Assembly (NCBI GenBank): GCA_045225715.1 | Contig: JBGVBS010000015.1 | Location: 1,001-65,000, forward strand | Source of the DNA: Oscillospiraceae bacterium | GTDB taxonomy: Bacteria; Bacillota; Clostridia; Oscillospirales; Oscillospiraceae | Length of the DNA stretch: 64,000 bases | Direction: 5' to 3' | Part shown: positions 1 to 9,621 of the stretch, one piece after another | How positions within the stretch are numbered: position 1 is the first letter of the stretch | How the letters are laid out: each line of letters opens with the position of its first letter | Position numbers and translations under genes: made by a program | Notes under the pieces: generated by a model | Told to the model about the DNA's origin: nothing | Seen by the model: only the letters and a program-made list of their open reading frames with translations | The model's database searches: none

Positions 1-1707
1 CTGGAAATGGGCATTCCCGTCGTCGTTGCGCTGAACATGATGGATGAAATGACTGGAAACGGCGGCGCGATCGACGTCAACGCCATTGAGGCCATGCTGG
101 GCGTTCCCGTCGTGCCGATCTCGGCAGCCAAGAATCAAGGCGTTCATGAGCTGGTTGAACACGCGATCCATGTTGCGACGTATCAGGAAAAACCTGCCCG
201 GCAGGATTTCTGCGACGAAACCGATCACGGTGGAGCCGTGCACCGCTGCCTGCACGCCGTGATCCATCTGATTGAGGATCACGCGGCGGCGGCAGGGCTC
301 CCTGTCCGCTTTGCCGCCAGCAAGGCGATCGAGGGCGATCATCTGATCCTCCAGCGGCTCGGGCTGGATCAGAACGAACTGGAAACGCTGGAGCACATCG
401 CTCTGCAAATGGAGAAAGAGCGCGGTCTGGATCGCGGCGCAGCCATCGCCGATATGCGTTTCTCCTTCATCATGAAGGTCTGTGACGCCTGCGTCATTAA
501 ACCGCGGGAAAGCCGCGAGCGCGTCCGCAGCCAGCGGATCGACCGGCTGCTGACAGGAAAGTATACGGCGATCCCGATCTTTGTCGCGATCATGGGGCTG
601 GTCTTTTATCTGACCTTCAACGTGATCGGCGCCGCGCTTCAGGATCTTCTGGCGGCGGGGATCGCGTCGCTCACCGAGCTTGTGGACGGCGCCTTGACGG
701 CAGGCGGCGTCAACGCCGCGCTGCACAGGCTGATCATTGACGGAATATTTGAAGGCGTCGGCAGTGTTCTGAGCTTTCTGCCGATCATCGTGACGATGTT
801 CTTCTTCCTTTCGCTGCTGGAGGACAGCGGCTATATTGCCCGCGTCGCCTTTGTCATGGACAAGCTGCTCAGGAAGCTCGGCCTGTCCGGACGCAGCATC
901 GTCCCCATGCTGATCGGCTTCGGCTGCACAGTCCCCGCCGTCATGTCCACGCGCACGCTGCCCAGCGAGCGCGACCGAAAGATGACCATTCTGCTCACGC
1001 CGTTCATGAGCTGCACCGCCAAGCTGCCGATCTACGCCTTCTTTGTGGACGCCTTCTTTTCCCATTGCAAGGCGCTGGTCATGATCGGTCTTTACGTCCT
1101 CGGTATTCTGACGGGGATCGTCGTCGCGCTGTTGTATAAAAAGGCGCTGTTTCAGGGCGAGGCCGTCCCGTTTGTCATGGAGCTTCCGAACTATCGGATG
1201 CCGAGCGCAGGCAATACGGCGCATCTTCTCTGGGAGAAATCGAAGGACTTTCTGCAAAGGGCGTTTTCCGTCATCCTGATCGCAACGATCGTGGTCTGGT
1301 TCCTGAAGAGCTTCGACTTCCGGTTCAACATCGTGGAGAATCCCCACGACAGCATCCTCGCCACGATTTCCGGCATATTTGTTCCCGTGTTTGTGCCTTT
1401 GGGCCTGGGTGACTGGCGCGTCATCACTTCGCTGGTCAGCGGCTTCATGGCAAAGGAAAGCGTCGTCTCCGTGCTGGAGGTGCTGTTCGGCGCGGAGGGC
1501 GGCATCGCCGCCGCACTGAGCTCCCCCCAGGCAGCATCCCTTCTGGTTTTCAGCCTGCTCTACACCCCGTGTGTGGCCGCCATCGCTTCGGTACGAAGGG
1601 AATTGGGCCGCGGCTGGGCACTGTACGTGGTCGTCTGGCAATGCGCCGTCGCGTGGTGCGCCGCACTCCTGACGCGTTGGATCTGTCTGCTGGCCGGACT
1701 TGCATAA
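1..1707 (+). CDS. feoB: Ferrous iron transporter FeoB, C-terminal ~570 aa (5' end outside window)
   Basis: ORF is open to base 1. G-domain G4 motif (ALNMMDE) is followed by a large polytopic membrane domain typical of FeoB. Confidence 0.93.
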   Translation: MEMGIPVVVALNMMDEMTGNGGAIDVNAIEAMLGVPVVPISAAKNQGVHELVEHAIHVATYQEKPARQDFCDETDHGGAVHRCLHAVIHLIEDHAAAAGLPVRFAASKAIEGDHLILQRLGLDQNELETLEHIALQMEKERGLDRGAAIADMRFSFIMKVCDACVIKPRESRERVRSQRIDRLLTGKYTAIPIFVAIMGLVFYLTFNVIGAALQDLLAAGIASLTELVDGALTAGGVNAALHRLIIDGIFEGVGSVLSFLPIIVTMFFFLSLLEDSGYIARVAFVMDKLLRKLGLSGRSIVPMLIGFGCTVPAVMSTRTLPSERDRKMTILLTPFMSCTAKLPIYAFFVDAFFSHCKALVMIGLYVLGILTGIVVALLYKKALFQGEAVPFVMELPNYRMPSAGNTAHLLWEKSKDFLQRAFSVILIATIVVWFLKSFDFRFNIVENPHDSILATISGIFVPVFVPLGLGDWRVITSLVSGFMAKESVVSVLEVLFGAEGGIAAALSSPQAASLLVFSLLYTPCVAAIASVRRELGRGWALYVVVWQCAVAWCAALLTRWICLLAGLA

Positions 1708-1722
1708 AGGGGGAGATCATCT

Positions 1723-1878
1723 GTGAACGTTTTGGATATTCTAATTGCGGTCGTTCTCGTTCTTGTGATACTCCTTGCATGGAGATCCATCCGCAGGCAC
1801 AAGCGAAGCTGCTGCTCCGGATACTGCTCAGGCTGCGGCCGCCCATGTTCCGAATCACAGAAGAAGCGCAAACCATAG
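1723..1878 (+). CDS. FeoB-associated Cys-rich small membrane protein (51 aa, GTG start)
   Basis: Below the ORF-track size cutoff. GGGGGAG RBS 7 nt upstream, 16 nt after the feoB stop. Translates to VNVLDILIAVVLVLVILLAW (TM helix) followed by the CCSGYCSGCGRPC cysteine cluster. Confidence 0.72.
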   Translation: MNVLDILIAVVLVLVILLAWRSIRRHKRSCCSGYCSGCGRPCSESQKKRKP

Positions 1879-1893
1879 AAGGAGTATCCCATC

Positions 1894-2013
1894 ATGCTTT
1901 CCCTTTTGCTCGGCGTCATCTACCTCGCTTTCATCAGCCTCGGTCTGCCGGACTCGCTGCCCGCACCACGATCCGGCTGCTGCCTGTATATCTTCTGGCG
2001 CTGCTTGTCGTAA
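1894..2013 (+). pseudogene. Remnant of an MFS transporter N-terminus (39 codons)
   Basis: GGAG RBS plus ATG. The first 22 aa (MLSLLLGVIYLAFISLGLPDSL) resemble the conserved N-terminus of a clostridial MFS family. The frame then degenerates and stops, and no remainder of the gene follows. Confidence 0.45.
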
Positions 2014-2119
2014 TGATCGGCTCACACGAAACGCTCTGCAATCGCGCAAAAACGTGAGCGCTTTTCTCAGAATACGCAGAAAGATCCTCCCGAAAGCCAC
2101 AGCTTTCGGGAGGATCTTG

Positions 2120-2851
2120 TCAGATATTCGCGCGGACGGCGGTGCGGAGCGCGACCTCCATCATCTCACGGAAGCCGTCCTGCCGCTCCGCGGCGCTGAG
2201 CGCCTCGCCGGTGAAGACGTGGTCGGATATCTGGAACAGCGCCAGCGCTTTTTTTCCTGCCGCCATCGCCGTGAGGTAGAGGCCCGCCGCTTCCATCTCC
2301 ACCGCGAGGTGGCCCAGCGCCTTTGCCTTGGCGTTGACCTCCTGATCGGGATGGTAGAAGAAATCCGAAGTGTAGACCGTGCCGACGCGCGCGCGGATGC
2401 CCAGCTCATCCGCAGCGTTCACCGCTTCCCGCAGCAGCTCATAGCTGGCGGTGGGCGCCATCACGCCGGGCAGCGCATATGAGGTCGCCATCGCGGAGTT
2501 GGTGGACGCAGACATGGCGACGATCAGGTCGCGCAGATGGACGTCGTCAGCGATGCCGCCGGCGGAGCCGATGCGGATGATCGCTTCCACGCCGAAGAAG
2601 TGAAACAGTTCGTAGGCATAGAGCGTGAAGGACGGCATACCCATGCCGGAGCCCATGACCGAGACCTCCCTGCCATCGAACGTGCCGGTGTAGCCGAACA
2701 TGTTGCGCACGTCGTTGAACAGCACGGGGTTTTCCAGATAGTGCTCTGCCACGAACTTTGCGCGCAGCGGGTCGCCGGGCATCAGCACGACCTTGGCGAC
2801 GTGCGTGCCCTCCTTGAGCTCAATGCAGGCGGACGGGGAAGATGTCATCAT
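2120..2851 (-). CDS. deoD: Purine nucleoside phosphorylase, DeoD type
   Basis: VVLMPGDPLRAKF and SVMGSGMGMPS motifs of hexameric PNP/UDP family; 243 aa. Confidence 0.9.
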   Translation of the reverse strand: MMTSSPSACIELKEGTHVAKVVLMPGDPLRAKFVAEHYLENPVLFNDVRNMFGYTGTFDGREVSVMGSGMGMPSFTLYAYELFHFFGVEAIIRIGSAGGIADDVHLRDLIVAMSASTNSAMATSYALPGVMAPTASYELLREAVNAADELGIRARVGTVYTSDFFYHPDQEVNAKAKALGHLAVEMEAAGLYLTAMAAGKKALALFQISDHVFTGEALSAAERQDGFREMMEVALRTAVRANI

Positions 2852-2854
2852 GGT

Positions 2855-3931
2855 TCAAGCCTCCTGTTCAAACAATTTCTTGAGATTCACGTCAAAGGGT
2901 GGGTAGACGATGCCGCGGTCGGTGACAATGGCGGTCAGCAGCTCATGGTCGGTCACATCGAAGGCCGGGTTGTAGCACTTGACCTCCGGCAGCGCCATCG
3001 GCTCGCTGTACCACATGGACTTGATTTCGTCCGGGTCGCGCTGCTCGATGCGGATGTCCGCGCCGGTGGGACAGTCCATGTCGATGGTCGAGGTCGGGCC
3101 GAGGGTGTAGAACGGGATGCCGTAGTGCCGCGCGAGGATCGCCACGCCCGAGGTGCCGATCTTGTTGGCAAAATCGCCGTTGGCGGCGATGCGGTCGCAG
3201 CCGACGAAGCATGCCTGCACCCAGCCGTTTTTCATCACAATGCTCGCCATGTTGTCGCAAATCAGCGTCACGTCCACGCCCGCCTTTTGCAGCTCATAGG
3301 ACGTCAGCCGCGCGCCCTGGAGCAGCGGGCGCGTCTCGTCGGAGAACACGCGGAAATCGATCCCGCGCTCCTTTCCCAGCAGCACCGGCCCGATCGCGGT
3401 GCCGTATTTCGAGGTGGCAAGCGGCCCTGCGTTGCAGTGCGTCAGGATGCCGTCGCCGGGTTTGACCAGAGACAGTCCGTATTCAGAGATGCGATAGCAC
3501 ATCTCAATGTCTTCGTTGTGGATGGCAACGCTCTCCCGCAGCAGCAGCTCGCGGATCTCCGAAACGGGTCTGTCCGTATGGGTACACGCCGTGTCCAGCA
3601 TCCGCTTCACCGCCCAGCTCAGGTTGACCGCGGTCGGACGCGCGGCGGCAAGTGCCTTTCCCTTACGCTCCAGCGCGGAAACCAGCGCTTCGCCGTCGTT
3701 CGTCTCCTCCCGCAGGGCAAGAACGTACATACCGTAGCCCGCGCAGATTCCGATGGCGGGCGCGCCGCGCACCGCCAGCGTCTTGATCGCGCGGCAAAGC
3801 TCCTCCGTCGTGTTCAGTGTCAGCCAAACCTGTCGGTTCGGCAGTTGCGTCTGGTCAAGGATGACGACGCTGCGCCCATTCTCGGAGAGGTGGACGCTGC
3901 ACGAATTCCTGTCGTTTTCTGTGACGTTCAT
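2855..3931 (-). CDS. mtnA: S-methyl-5-thioribose-1-phosphate (or 5-deoxyribose-1-P) isomerase, eIF-2B alpha/beta/delta-like
   Basis: 358 aa. Conserved [14 protein letters not shown]-type and CDRIAANGD motifs of the MtnA family. Confidence 0.9.
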   Translation of the reverse strand: MNVTENDRNSCSVHLSENGRSVVILDQTQLPNRQVWLTLNTTEELCRAIKTLAVRGAPAIGICAGYGMYVLALREETNDGEALVSALERKGKALAAARPTAVNLSWAVKRMLDTACTHTDRPVSEIRELLLRESVAIHNEDIEMCYRISEYGLSLVKPGDGILTHCNAGPLATSKYGTAIGPVLLGKERGIDFRVFSDETRPLLQGARLTSYELQKAGVDVTLICDNMASIVMKNGWVQACFVGCDRIAANGDFANKIGTSGVAILARHYGIPFYTLGPTSTIDMDCPTGADIRIEQRDPDEIKSMWYSEPMALPEVKCYNPAFDVTDHELLTAIVTDRGIVYPPFDVNLKKLFEQEA

Positions 3932-3934
3932 GCT

Positions 3935-4585
3935 CTACTTCCTTTCCTTCTTCCATCGTGCCAGCAGTTCGTCCGCCGCACCGGCGGGCAGGGGACTTTC
4001 GCCGCCGAGCAGTCTGGCCAGCAGCGTGATCTTCGCCAGCTTTTCTGCCGCCTCCGCACGGGCGAACGCATCCTCCAGATCGCGCCCCGCGGCGACGAGA
4101 CCGTGATTGGCAAGCAGGACGGCGTCCCTGTCCTCCTGCGCAAAACAGCGCCCGAACTCGGCGAATACCGCGTCCGTACCCGGCGTGCCGTAGGCGCAGC
4201 AAGGGATCTCCCCGCCGAAGAACAGATATAACTCCGCCAACTCGCCGCGAATGTCCTGCCCCGCCAGAGCGAACGCCGAGGCAAAGGCGCTGTGCGTGTG
4301 GACGATGGCGTTCACGTCAGACCGCAGGCGATAAATCTCCAAATGCATCCGGCGCTCCGACGAAGGACGATACCCATTCTCAGAAAGAACGTTCCCGTTC
4401 AGATCCATCTCGACGATCATATCCGCCGTCATGGTCTCCTTATTCTGCTGCGACGGCGTCATCAGGATCATGTCTCCGTCGCGCGCGGAAAGGTTCCCCT
4501 CAAAGAGATTGACCGTTCCCTGCTCATAAAGCTTTTGAAAGCAGCGCACCAGCTCTTTTTTCAGAGATTCCCGTCTCTCAGTCAT
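3935..4585 (-). CDS. Class II aldolase/adducin family protein (fuculose-phosphate-aldolase-like; MtnB/DrdA-like)
   Basis: HTHS metal-binding motif. Start moved to the internal ATG (MTERRESLKK) at 4585, which lies downstream of a consensus promoter. Confidence 0.85.
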   Translation of the reverse strand: MTERRESLKKELVRCFQKLYEQGTVNLFEGNLSARDGDMILMTPSQQNKETMTADMIVEMDLNGNVLSENGYRPSSERRMHLEIYRLRSDVNAIVHTHSAFASAFALAGQDIRGELAELYLFFGGEIPCCAYGTPGTDAVFAEFGRCFAQEDRDAVLLANHGLVAAGRDLEDAFARAEAAEKLAKITLLARLLGGESPLPAGAADELLARWKKERK

Positions 4586-4616
4586 TGTCCCACATCCTGT
4601 TATTTGATCAAGTCTG

Positions 4617-4645
4617 ATTATATCCGCGTTGGTTTTCCCTGTCAA
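4617..4645 (-). promoter_or_regulatory. Sigma-A type promoter for the aldolase-mtnA-deoD operon
   Basis: Minus strand reads TTGACA, 17 nt, TATAAT, about 30 nt upstream of the ATG at 4585. Confidence 0.7.
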
Positions 4646-4696
4646 CGCCGTCGGGCAAATCCCACACAGGCAAACGACGCTGTTCGGCGATTTTCC

Positions 4697-4725
4697 TTGC
4701 AAGGGAAACCTTCATGTGGTATAGT
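4697..4725 (+). promoter_or_regulatory. Sigma-A type promoter for miaB
   Basis: TTGCAA, 17 nt, TATAGT, ending about 37 nt upstream of the TTG start at 4762. Confidence 0.6.
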
Positions 4726-4761
4726 ATATAAGTTAAAGTATGTCTGTCGGAGGAAACTCAC

Positions 4762-6177
4762 TTGAAACGGGAAAATGTACTGGTCAGCGCCGAGGAGTTG
4801 GCGCGCCAGAAGGATTATATGCAGAAGGTTCGCTTCATCACCGGTGTGCTGACGCGCGCGCCTCTGGCTCTGGTAGATACTTTCGGCTGTCAGCAGAACG
4901 TCGCCGACGGCGAGGTACTGTCCGGTATGCTCGCCGAGATGGGTTTTGAGCCGACAAGCGACCCGGCAGACGCGGACGTGGTACTGCTCAACACCTGTGC
5001 CATTCGCGAGCACGCGGAAAAGCGCGTGTTCGGTGAGCTTGGCGAGCTGACGCACACGAAGCAGGCAAATCCCGAGCAGATCATCGTGCTCTGCGGCTGC
5101 ATGGCGCAGCAGAAGCGCATCGCAGACAAGGTACGCGAGAGCTATCGCCACGTCGACCTCGTCCTCGGCCCGCAGGCGGAATGGCGGCTGCCGGAGCTTC
5201 TCTACGGCGTACTGACGCAGCGCAAGCGCGCGTTCTCCATCGACGACGAGCACGGGCGCATCGCTGAGGGACTCCCCGTCAAGCGCGACGGCACGGTGCG
5301 CGCATGGGTGAGCATCATGTACGGCTGCAACAACTTTTGCTCATACTGCATCGTCCCCTACGTCCGCGGACGTGAGCGCAGCCGCGACCCTGAAAAAATC
5401 ATTTCGGAGTGCCGTGAGCTGATCGAAGCAGGGTATAAGGAGATCTATCTGCTCGGTCAGAACGTCAACAGCTACGGCAACGATCTGGACAACGGCTGGG
5501 ATTTTGCCGATCTGCTCTCCGCCATCGATGCGATCGACGGCAACTACTGGCTTCGTTTCATGTCCAGCCAGCCCAAGGACGCGACACCCAAGCTGTTCGA
5601 TACGATGGCGAATTGCAAGCACGTCGCCAAATGCCTTCATCTGCCCGTGCAGAGCGGCAACGACCGTGTGCTCAAGGCAATGCACCGCCCCTACGCCCGT
5701 CAGGGCTACATGGATCTCATCCGCTATGCCCGCCGCGCCATGCCCGACCTCGTGCTGACCAGCGACGTCATCATCGGCTTTCCGGGCGAGACGGAGGCAG
5801 AGGCGATGGACACGGTGTCACTGGTGAAAGAAGCGAAGTTTGACGCGCTGTTCACTTTTATCTTTTCCCCGCGTCCGGGTACGCCCGCCGCAGAGATGGA
5901 CGACCCCATTCCCCGCGCAGAGAAGCAGAAGTGGTTCGACCGCCTGTTGGATGTTCAGAACGCCTACAGCGCCGAGAGGCACGCCGCCTACGTCGGCAAA
6001 ACCGTCCGCGTACTGATCGACGGCGAGAGCGACGACGCGGACTTCCCGCTCAACTGCCGTACGGAGGGCAACCGCCTTGTGCGTGCGAAGGGCAGCAAGG
6101 CGCTGATCGGCACGTTTGCCGATGCAAAGATCACAGACAGCAACACCTGGGCGCTCTATGGGGAGGTCGTGGAATGA
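4762..6177 (+). CDS. miaB: tRNA-i6A37 methylthiotransferase
   Basis: Radical-SAM CNNFCSYC motif with UPF0004 N-domain and TRAM C-domain architecture; 471 aa; TTG start. Confidence 0.93.
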   Translation: MKRENVLVSAEELARQKDYMQKVRFITGVLTRAPLALVDTFGCQQNVADGEVLSGMLAEMGFEPTSDPADADVVLLNTCAIREHAEKRVFGELGELTHTKQANPEQIIVLCGCMAQQKRIADKVRESYRHVDLVLGPQAEWRLPELLYGVLTQRKRAFSIDDEHGRIAEGLPVKRDGTVRAWVSIMYGCNNFCSYCIVPYVRGRERSRDPEKIISECRELIEAGYKEIYLLGQNVNSYGNDLDNGWDFADLLSAIDAIDGNYWLRFMSSQPKDATPKLFDTMANCKHVAKCLHLPVQSGNDRVLKAMHRPYARQGYMDLIRYARRAMPDLVLTSDVIIGFPGETEAEAMDTVSLVKEAKFDALFTFIFSPRPGTPAAEMDDPIPRAEKQKWFDRLLDVQNAYSAERHAAYVGKTVRVLIDGESDDADFPLNCRTEGNRLVRAKGSKALIGTFADAKITDSNTWALYGEVVE

Positions 6178-7001
6178 AGGTTACGGTCTTGCTGGAAAAC
6201 GAAGCCTGCCGCGCCGGCATCAAGCAGGAGCACGGACTGTCGCTACATATCGCCACACGCAGGCACAGCGTCCTGCTCGACATGGGGCCGAACGCGATGT
6301 TCCTTGAAAACGCCGAGACGCTGGGCGTGGATATCAGCGCGGTGGACACCGCCTTCCTCTCCCATGCACACGACGACCACTGCGGCGGGCTGGAGCTGTT
6401 CTGCAAGCGCAACGACCACGCGCCGGTCTATCTGCAAAAGGCCGTCTGGGGCGAATACTATGTCATCACACCGACCAAGTCCTGCTTTATCGGTCTGGAC
6501 AAGGCGCTGCGCAAATACGAAGGCCGTTTCCGCCTGACGGAAGGGCACGAGATCATCGACGAGGCGTTGCAGGTCTTTTCCGGCGGCATGGGGCGCGACT
6601 ACTGGTCGCACGCCAACGATACGCTGCGGGAGAAAATCGGCGACGAGTACCCGATCGACCGCTTTCTGCATGAACAGAACCTGATCGTCACCGAGGGCGG
6701 CAAAACGGCGTTGTTCGGCGGCTGCGCCCACAACGGCGTCGTAAATATTCTGCGCCGCGCGGAGGATATTCTGGGCCGCGCGCCCGACGCGGTGGTCGCG
6801 GGCTTCCACCTCTGCAACCCCTCGCTGGGTAAGACGGAGCCGCGCGAGCTGATCGAGGGCATTGCACGCGAGCTGGCGGCGCGTCCGAACACAACGTATT
6901 ATACCGGGCACTGCACCGGAGCTGAAGCGTTCGGGATACTGAAAGAAACTCTGGGCGATCGGCTGCAAGCCATCCACGGCGGCAGCGAAATCGAACTATA
7001 A
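6174..7001 (+). CDS. MBL-fold metallo-hydrolase
   Basis: HAHDDH (HxHxDH) motif. ATG at 6174 overlaps the miaB stop (ATGA). Confidence 0.8.
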   Translation: MKVTVLLENEACRAGIKQEHGLSLHIATRRHSVLLDMGPNAMFLENAETLGVDISAVDTAFLSHAHDDHCGGLELFCKRNDHAPVYLQKAVWGEYYVITPTKSCFIGLDKALRKYEGRFRLTEGHEIIDEALQVFSGGMGRDYWSHANDTLREKIGDEYPIDRFLHEQNLIVTEGGKTALFGGCAHNGVVNILRRAEDILGRAPDAVVAGFHLCNPSLGKTEPRELIEGIARELAARPNTTYYTGHCTGAEAFGILKETLGDRLQAIHGGSEIEL

Positions 7002-7018
7002 GAAAGAGAGAGCGAACC

Positions 7019-9610
7019 ATGGCGGAAATCACCCCCATGATGAAGCAATACCTTGAAATCAAGGAACAGCATAAGGACGAGATCCTGTTTTTCCGTCTCG
7101 GAGACTTTTATGAGATGTTCGCGGATGACGCCGTCACTGCGTCCCGCGAGCTTGACCTCACCCTGACCACCCGCGACCGCAGCAAGGCGAAGGAGGATCA
7201 GACTCCGATGTGCGGCGTGCCGTATCATTCAAGCGACGGCTATATCGCCCGTCTGATCGCAAAGGGCTACAAGGTCGCCATCTGTGAGCAGACTGAGGAT
7301 CCTGCGCTTGCCAAGGGACTCGTCAAGCGTGACATCATCCGCGTTGTTACGCCCGGCACGGTCATCGACAGCCAGAGTCTCGACGCGAACCGCGGCAACT
7401 TCCTCGCGGGCGTCTTTCTCGACGAAAACAACGCCGGCGTCGCGTTCTGCGACATGTCCACAGGGCAGACGCTCGTCACCGCGTTTACCGGTCACGACCG
7501 CGTTGGTCATCTGATGAACGAGCTGTCTCGCTTTTCGCCCGCCGAGGCGGTGCTGAGCGACGGCGCATATATGGAAGCCGAACTCTGCGAGCTGCTTCGG
7601 CAGCGGCTGGGCTGCTCCGTGGAACGCGGCGGGAAGCGCTTCGACCTGCAAAGGGCCGAGAAATCCATCCTCGCGCAGTACGGCGAGGAGGCTTACGCCA
7701 GTCTGCCGCGCAGCAACCCCGCCGCGGCGCTGGCACTGGGCGGACTGCTGGACTATCTGCATGAGACGCAGAAGACCGATCTTGCTTACATCAACAAGCT
7801 GGAATACTACGAGCTGGGCCGCTTTATGGAGCTTGATCTCTCCGCCCGGCGCAATCTGGAGCTGACGGAAACGCTGCGCGGCAAGGAAAAGCGGGGCAGT
7901 CTCCTTTGGGTTCTGGACAAGACCAAGACCGCCATGGGCGCGCGCTGTCTTCGCTCCTGGCTGGAGCGCCCTCTGCGAGACGTGGCGGAAATCAACCGCC
8001 GTCTCGGCGCGGTGGAGGCGCTGACGAAGCTGACCATGGCGCGGGAAGAGCTGACGCTTGCCATGACCGGTATCGCGGACATGGAACGCCTGATCGGGCG
8101 CATCGTATACGGTACGGCCGGCGGGCGCGATTTCGCCTCGCTCCGCATGTCGATTGAAAAGCTCTCGGCGGTCAAGACACAGCTTGAACCCTTCCGCAAC
8201 AGCAAGCTCGTCGAACTCAACGCCAATCTCGACGCGCTTACCGACATCGGTGAGCAGATCGCCGCGACGCTCATCGACGAGCCGCCGTTCTCTGTGCGCG
8301 AGGGCGGCTTCATCCGCCCTGGCTTCAACGCCGAGGTCGATCGTCTGCGCGATATCCACGACGGCGGGAAGAATCTCATCCCCGCCATTGTCGAGCGCGA
8401 AAAGGAGCGCACGGGCATCCGCACGCTCCGCATCGGCTACAACAAGGTCTTCGGCTACTACATCGAGGTGTCGAACTCATTCAAGGATCAGGTTCCGGAG
8501 GACTACATCCGCAAGCAGACGCTGGTCAACGGCGAGCGCTTCGTCACGCAGGAGCTAAAGGACCTGGAGCAGGACATCCTGACTTCCGGCGACCGGCTGG
8601 GCGCGCTGGAATACGAGCTGTTCTCCGCACTGCGAGACAGCGTCTGCGCCGAGGCGGAGCGCATCCAGAAAACCGCCGCCGCGCTGGCGGAGCTGGATAC
8701 GCTCTGCTCCTTCGCCACCGTCGCGGTCAAAAACAATTATTGCTGCCCGACGGTGGACGACAGCGGCGTCATTGAGATCCACGACGGGCGCCACCCCGTC
8801 GTCGAGCGTGTACTCAAGGACAGTCTGTTCGTTCCGAACGACACCTACATGGGCGAGAAGGAAAACCGCGTCTCCATCATCACAGGGCCCAATATGGCAG
8901 GCAAATCGACCTATATGCGGCAGGTCGCGCTCATCACGCTGATGTCGCAGATCGGTTCCTTCGTGCCCGCGCGCAGCGCGCACATCGGCGTCGTCGATCG
9001 TATCTTCACCCGCATCGGCGCCAGTGACGATCTCGCGGGCGGGCAGTCGACCTTCATGGTTGAAATGAGCGAGGTCGCGGAGATCATGCGTCAGGCATCC
9101 TCCCGCTCCCTGCTGATCCTCGACGAAATCGGGCGCGGCACCTCCACCTTCGACGGTATGAGCATCGCACGCGCGGTGCTGGAATACTGCGCAAATCCGC
9201 GCAGGCTCGGTGCAAAAACGCTGTTTGCCACGCACTACCATGAGCTGACGGAGCTGGAAAATACGCTCTCCGGCGTCAGAAATTACAACATATCCATCAA
9301 AAAGCGCGGAGACGAGCTGATCTTCCTGCGCAAGATCGTTCCGGGCGGCGCCGATCGCAGCTATGGCATTGAGGTCGCGACGCTGGCAGGGCTGCCGAAG
9401 GAAGTCGTGAGCCGCGCCAAGGCGATCCTCACCGAGTTGGAAAAGGGCAAGGGCTATGAGGTCGCTCCGCGCCGCGAGGAGGATCAGATCAGCATGACCG
9501 CCATCGGAGAGGCAGAGGCGCTGGACGCGCTCCGCCGTGCGCAGCCCGACACGCTGACGCCCATCGAGGCGATGCAGCTTTTGTATGAGATCAAGCAGAA
9601 ACTGAACTGA
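7019..9610 (+). CDS. mutS: DNA mismatch repair protein MutS
   Basis: 863 aa. Walker A motif GPNMAGKST and conserved N-terminus MMKQYLEIK. Confidence 0.97.
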   Translation: MAEITPMMKQYLEIKEQHKDEILFFRLGDFYEMFADDAVTASRELDLTLTTRDRSKAKEDQTPMCGVPYHSSDGYIARLIAKGYKVAICEQTEDPALAKGLVKRDIIRVVTPGTVIDSQSLDANRGNFLAGVFLDENNAGVAFCDMSTGQTLVTAFTGHDRVGHLMNELSRFSPAEAVLSDGAYMEAELCELLRQRLGCSVERGGKRFDLQRAEKSILAQYGEEAYASLPRSNPAAALALGGLLDYLHETQKTDLAYINKLEYYELGRFMELDLSARRNLELTETLRGKEKRGSLLWVLDKTKTAMGARCLRSWLERPLRDVAEINRRLGAVEALTKLTMAREELTLAMTGIADMERLIGRIVYGTAGGRDFASLRMSIEKLSAVKTQLEPFRNSKLVELNANLDALTDIGEQIAATLIDEPPFSVREGGFIRPGFNAEVDRLRDIHDGGKNLIPAIVEREKERTGIRTLRIGYNKVFGYYIEVSNSFKDQVPEDYIRKQTLVNGERFVTQELKDLEQDILTSGDRLGALEYELFSALRDSVCAEAERIQKTAAALAELDTLCSFATVAVKNNYCCPTVDDSGVIEIHDGRHPVVERVLKDSLFVPNDTYMGEKENRVSIITGPNMAGKSTYMRQVALITLMSQIGSFVPARSAHIGVVDRIFTRIGASDDLAGGQSTFMVEMSEVAEIMRQASSRSLLILDEIGRGTSTFDGMSIARAVLEYCANPRRLGAKTLFATHYHELTELENTLSGVRNYNISIKKRGDELIFLRKIVPGGADRSYGIEVATLAGLPKEVVSRAKAILTELEKGKGYEVAPRREEDQISMTAIGEAEALDALRRAQPDTLTPIEAMQLLYEIKQKLN

Positions 9611-9621
9611 GGAGGCATACC

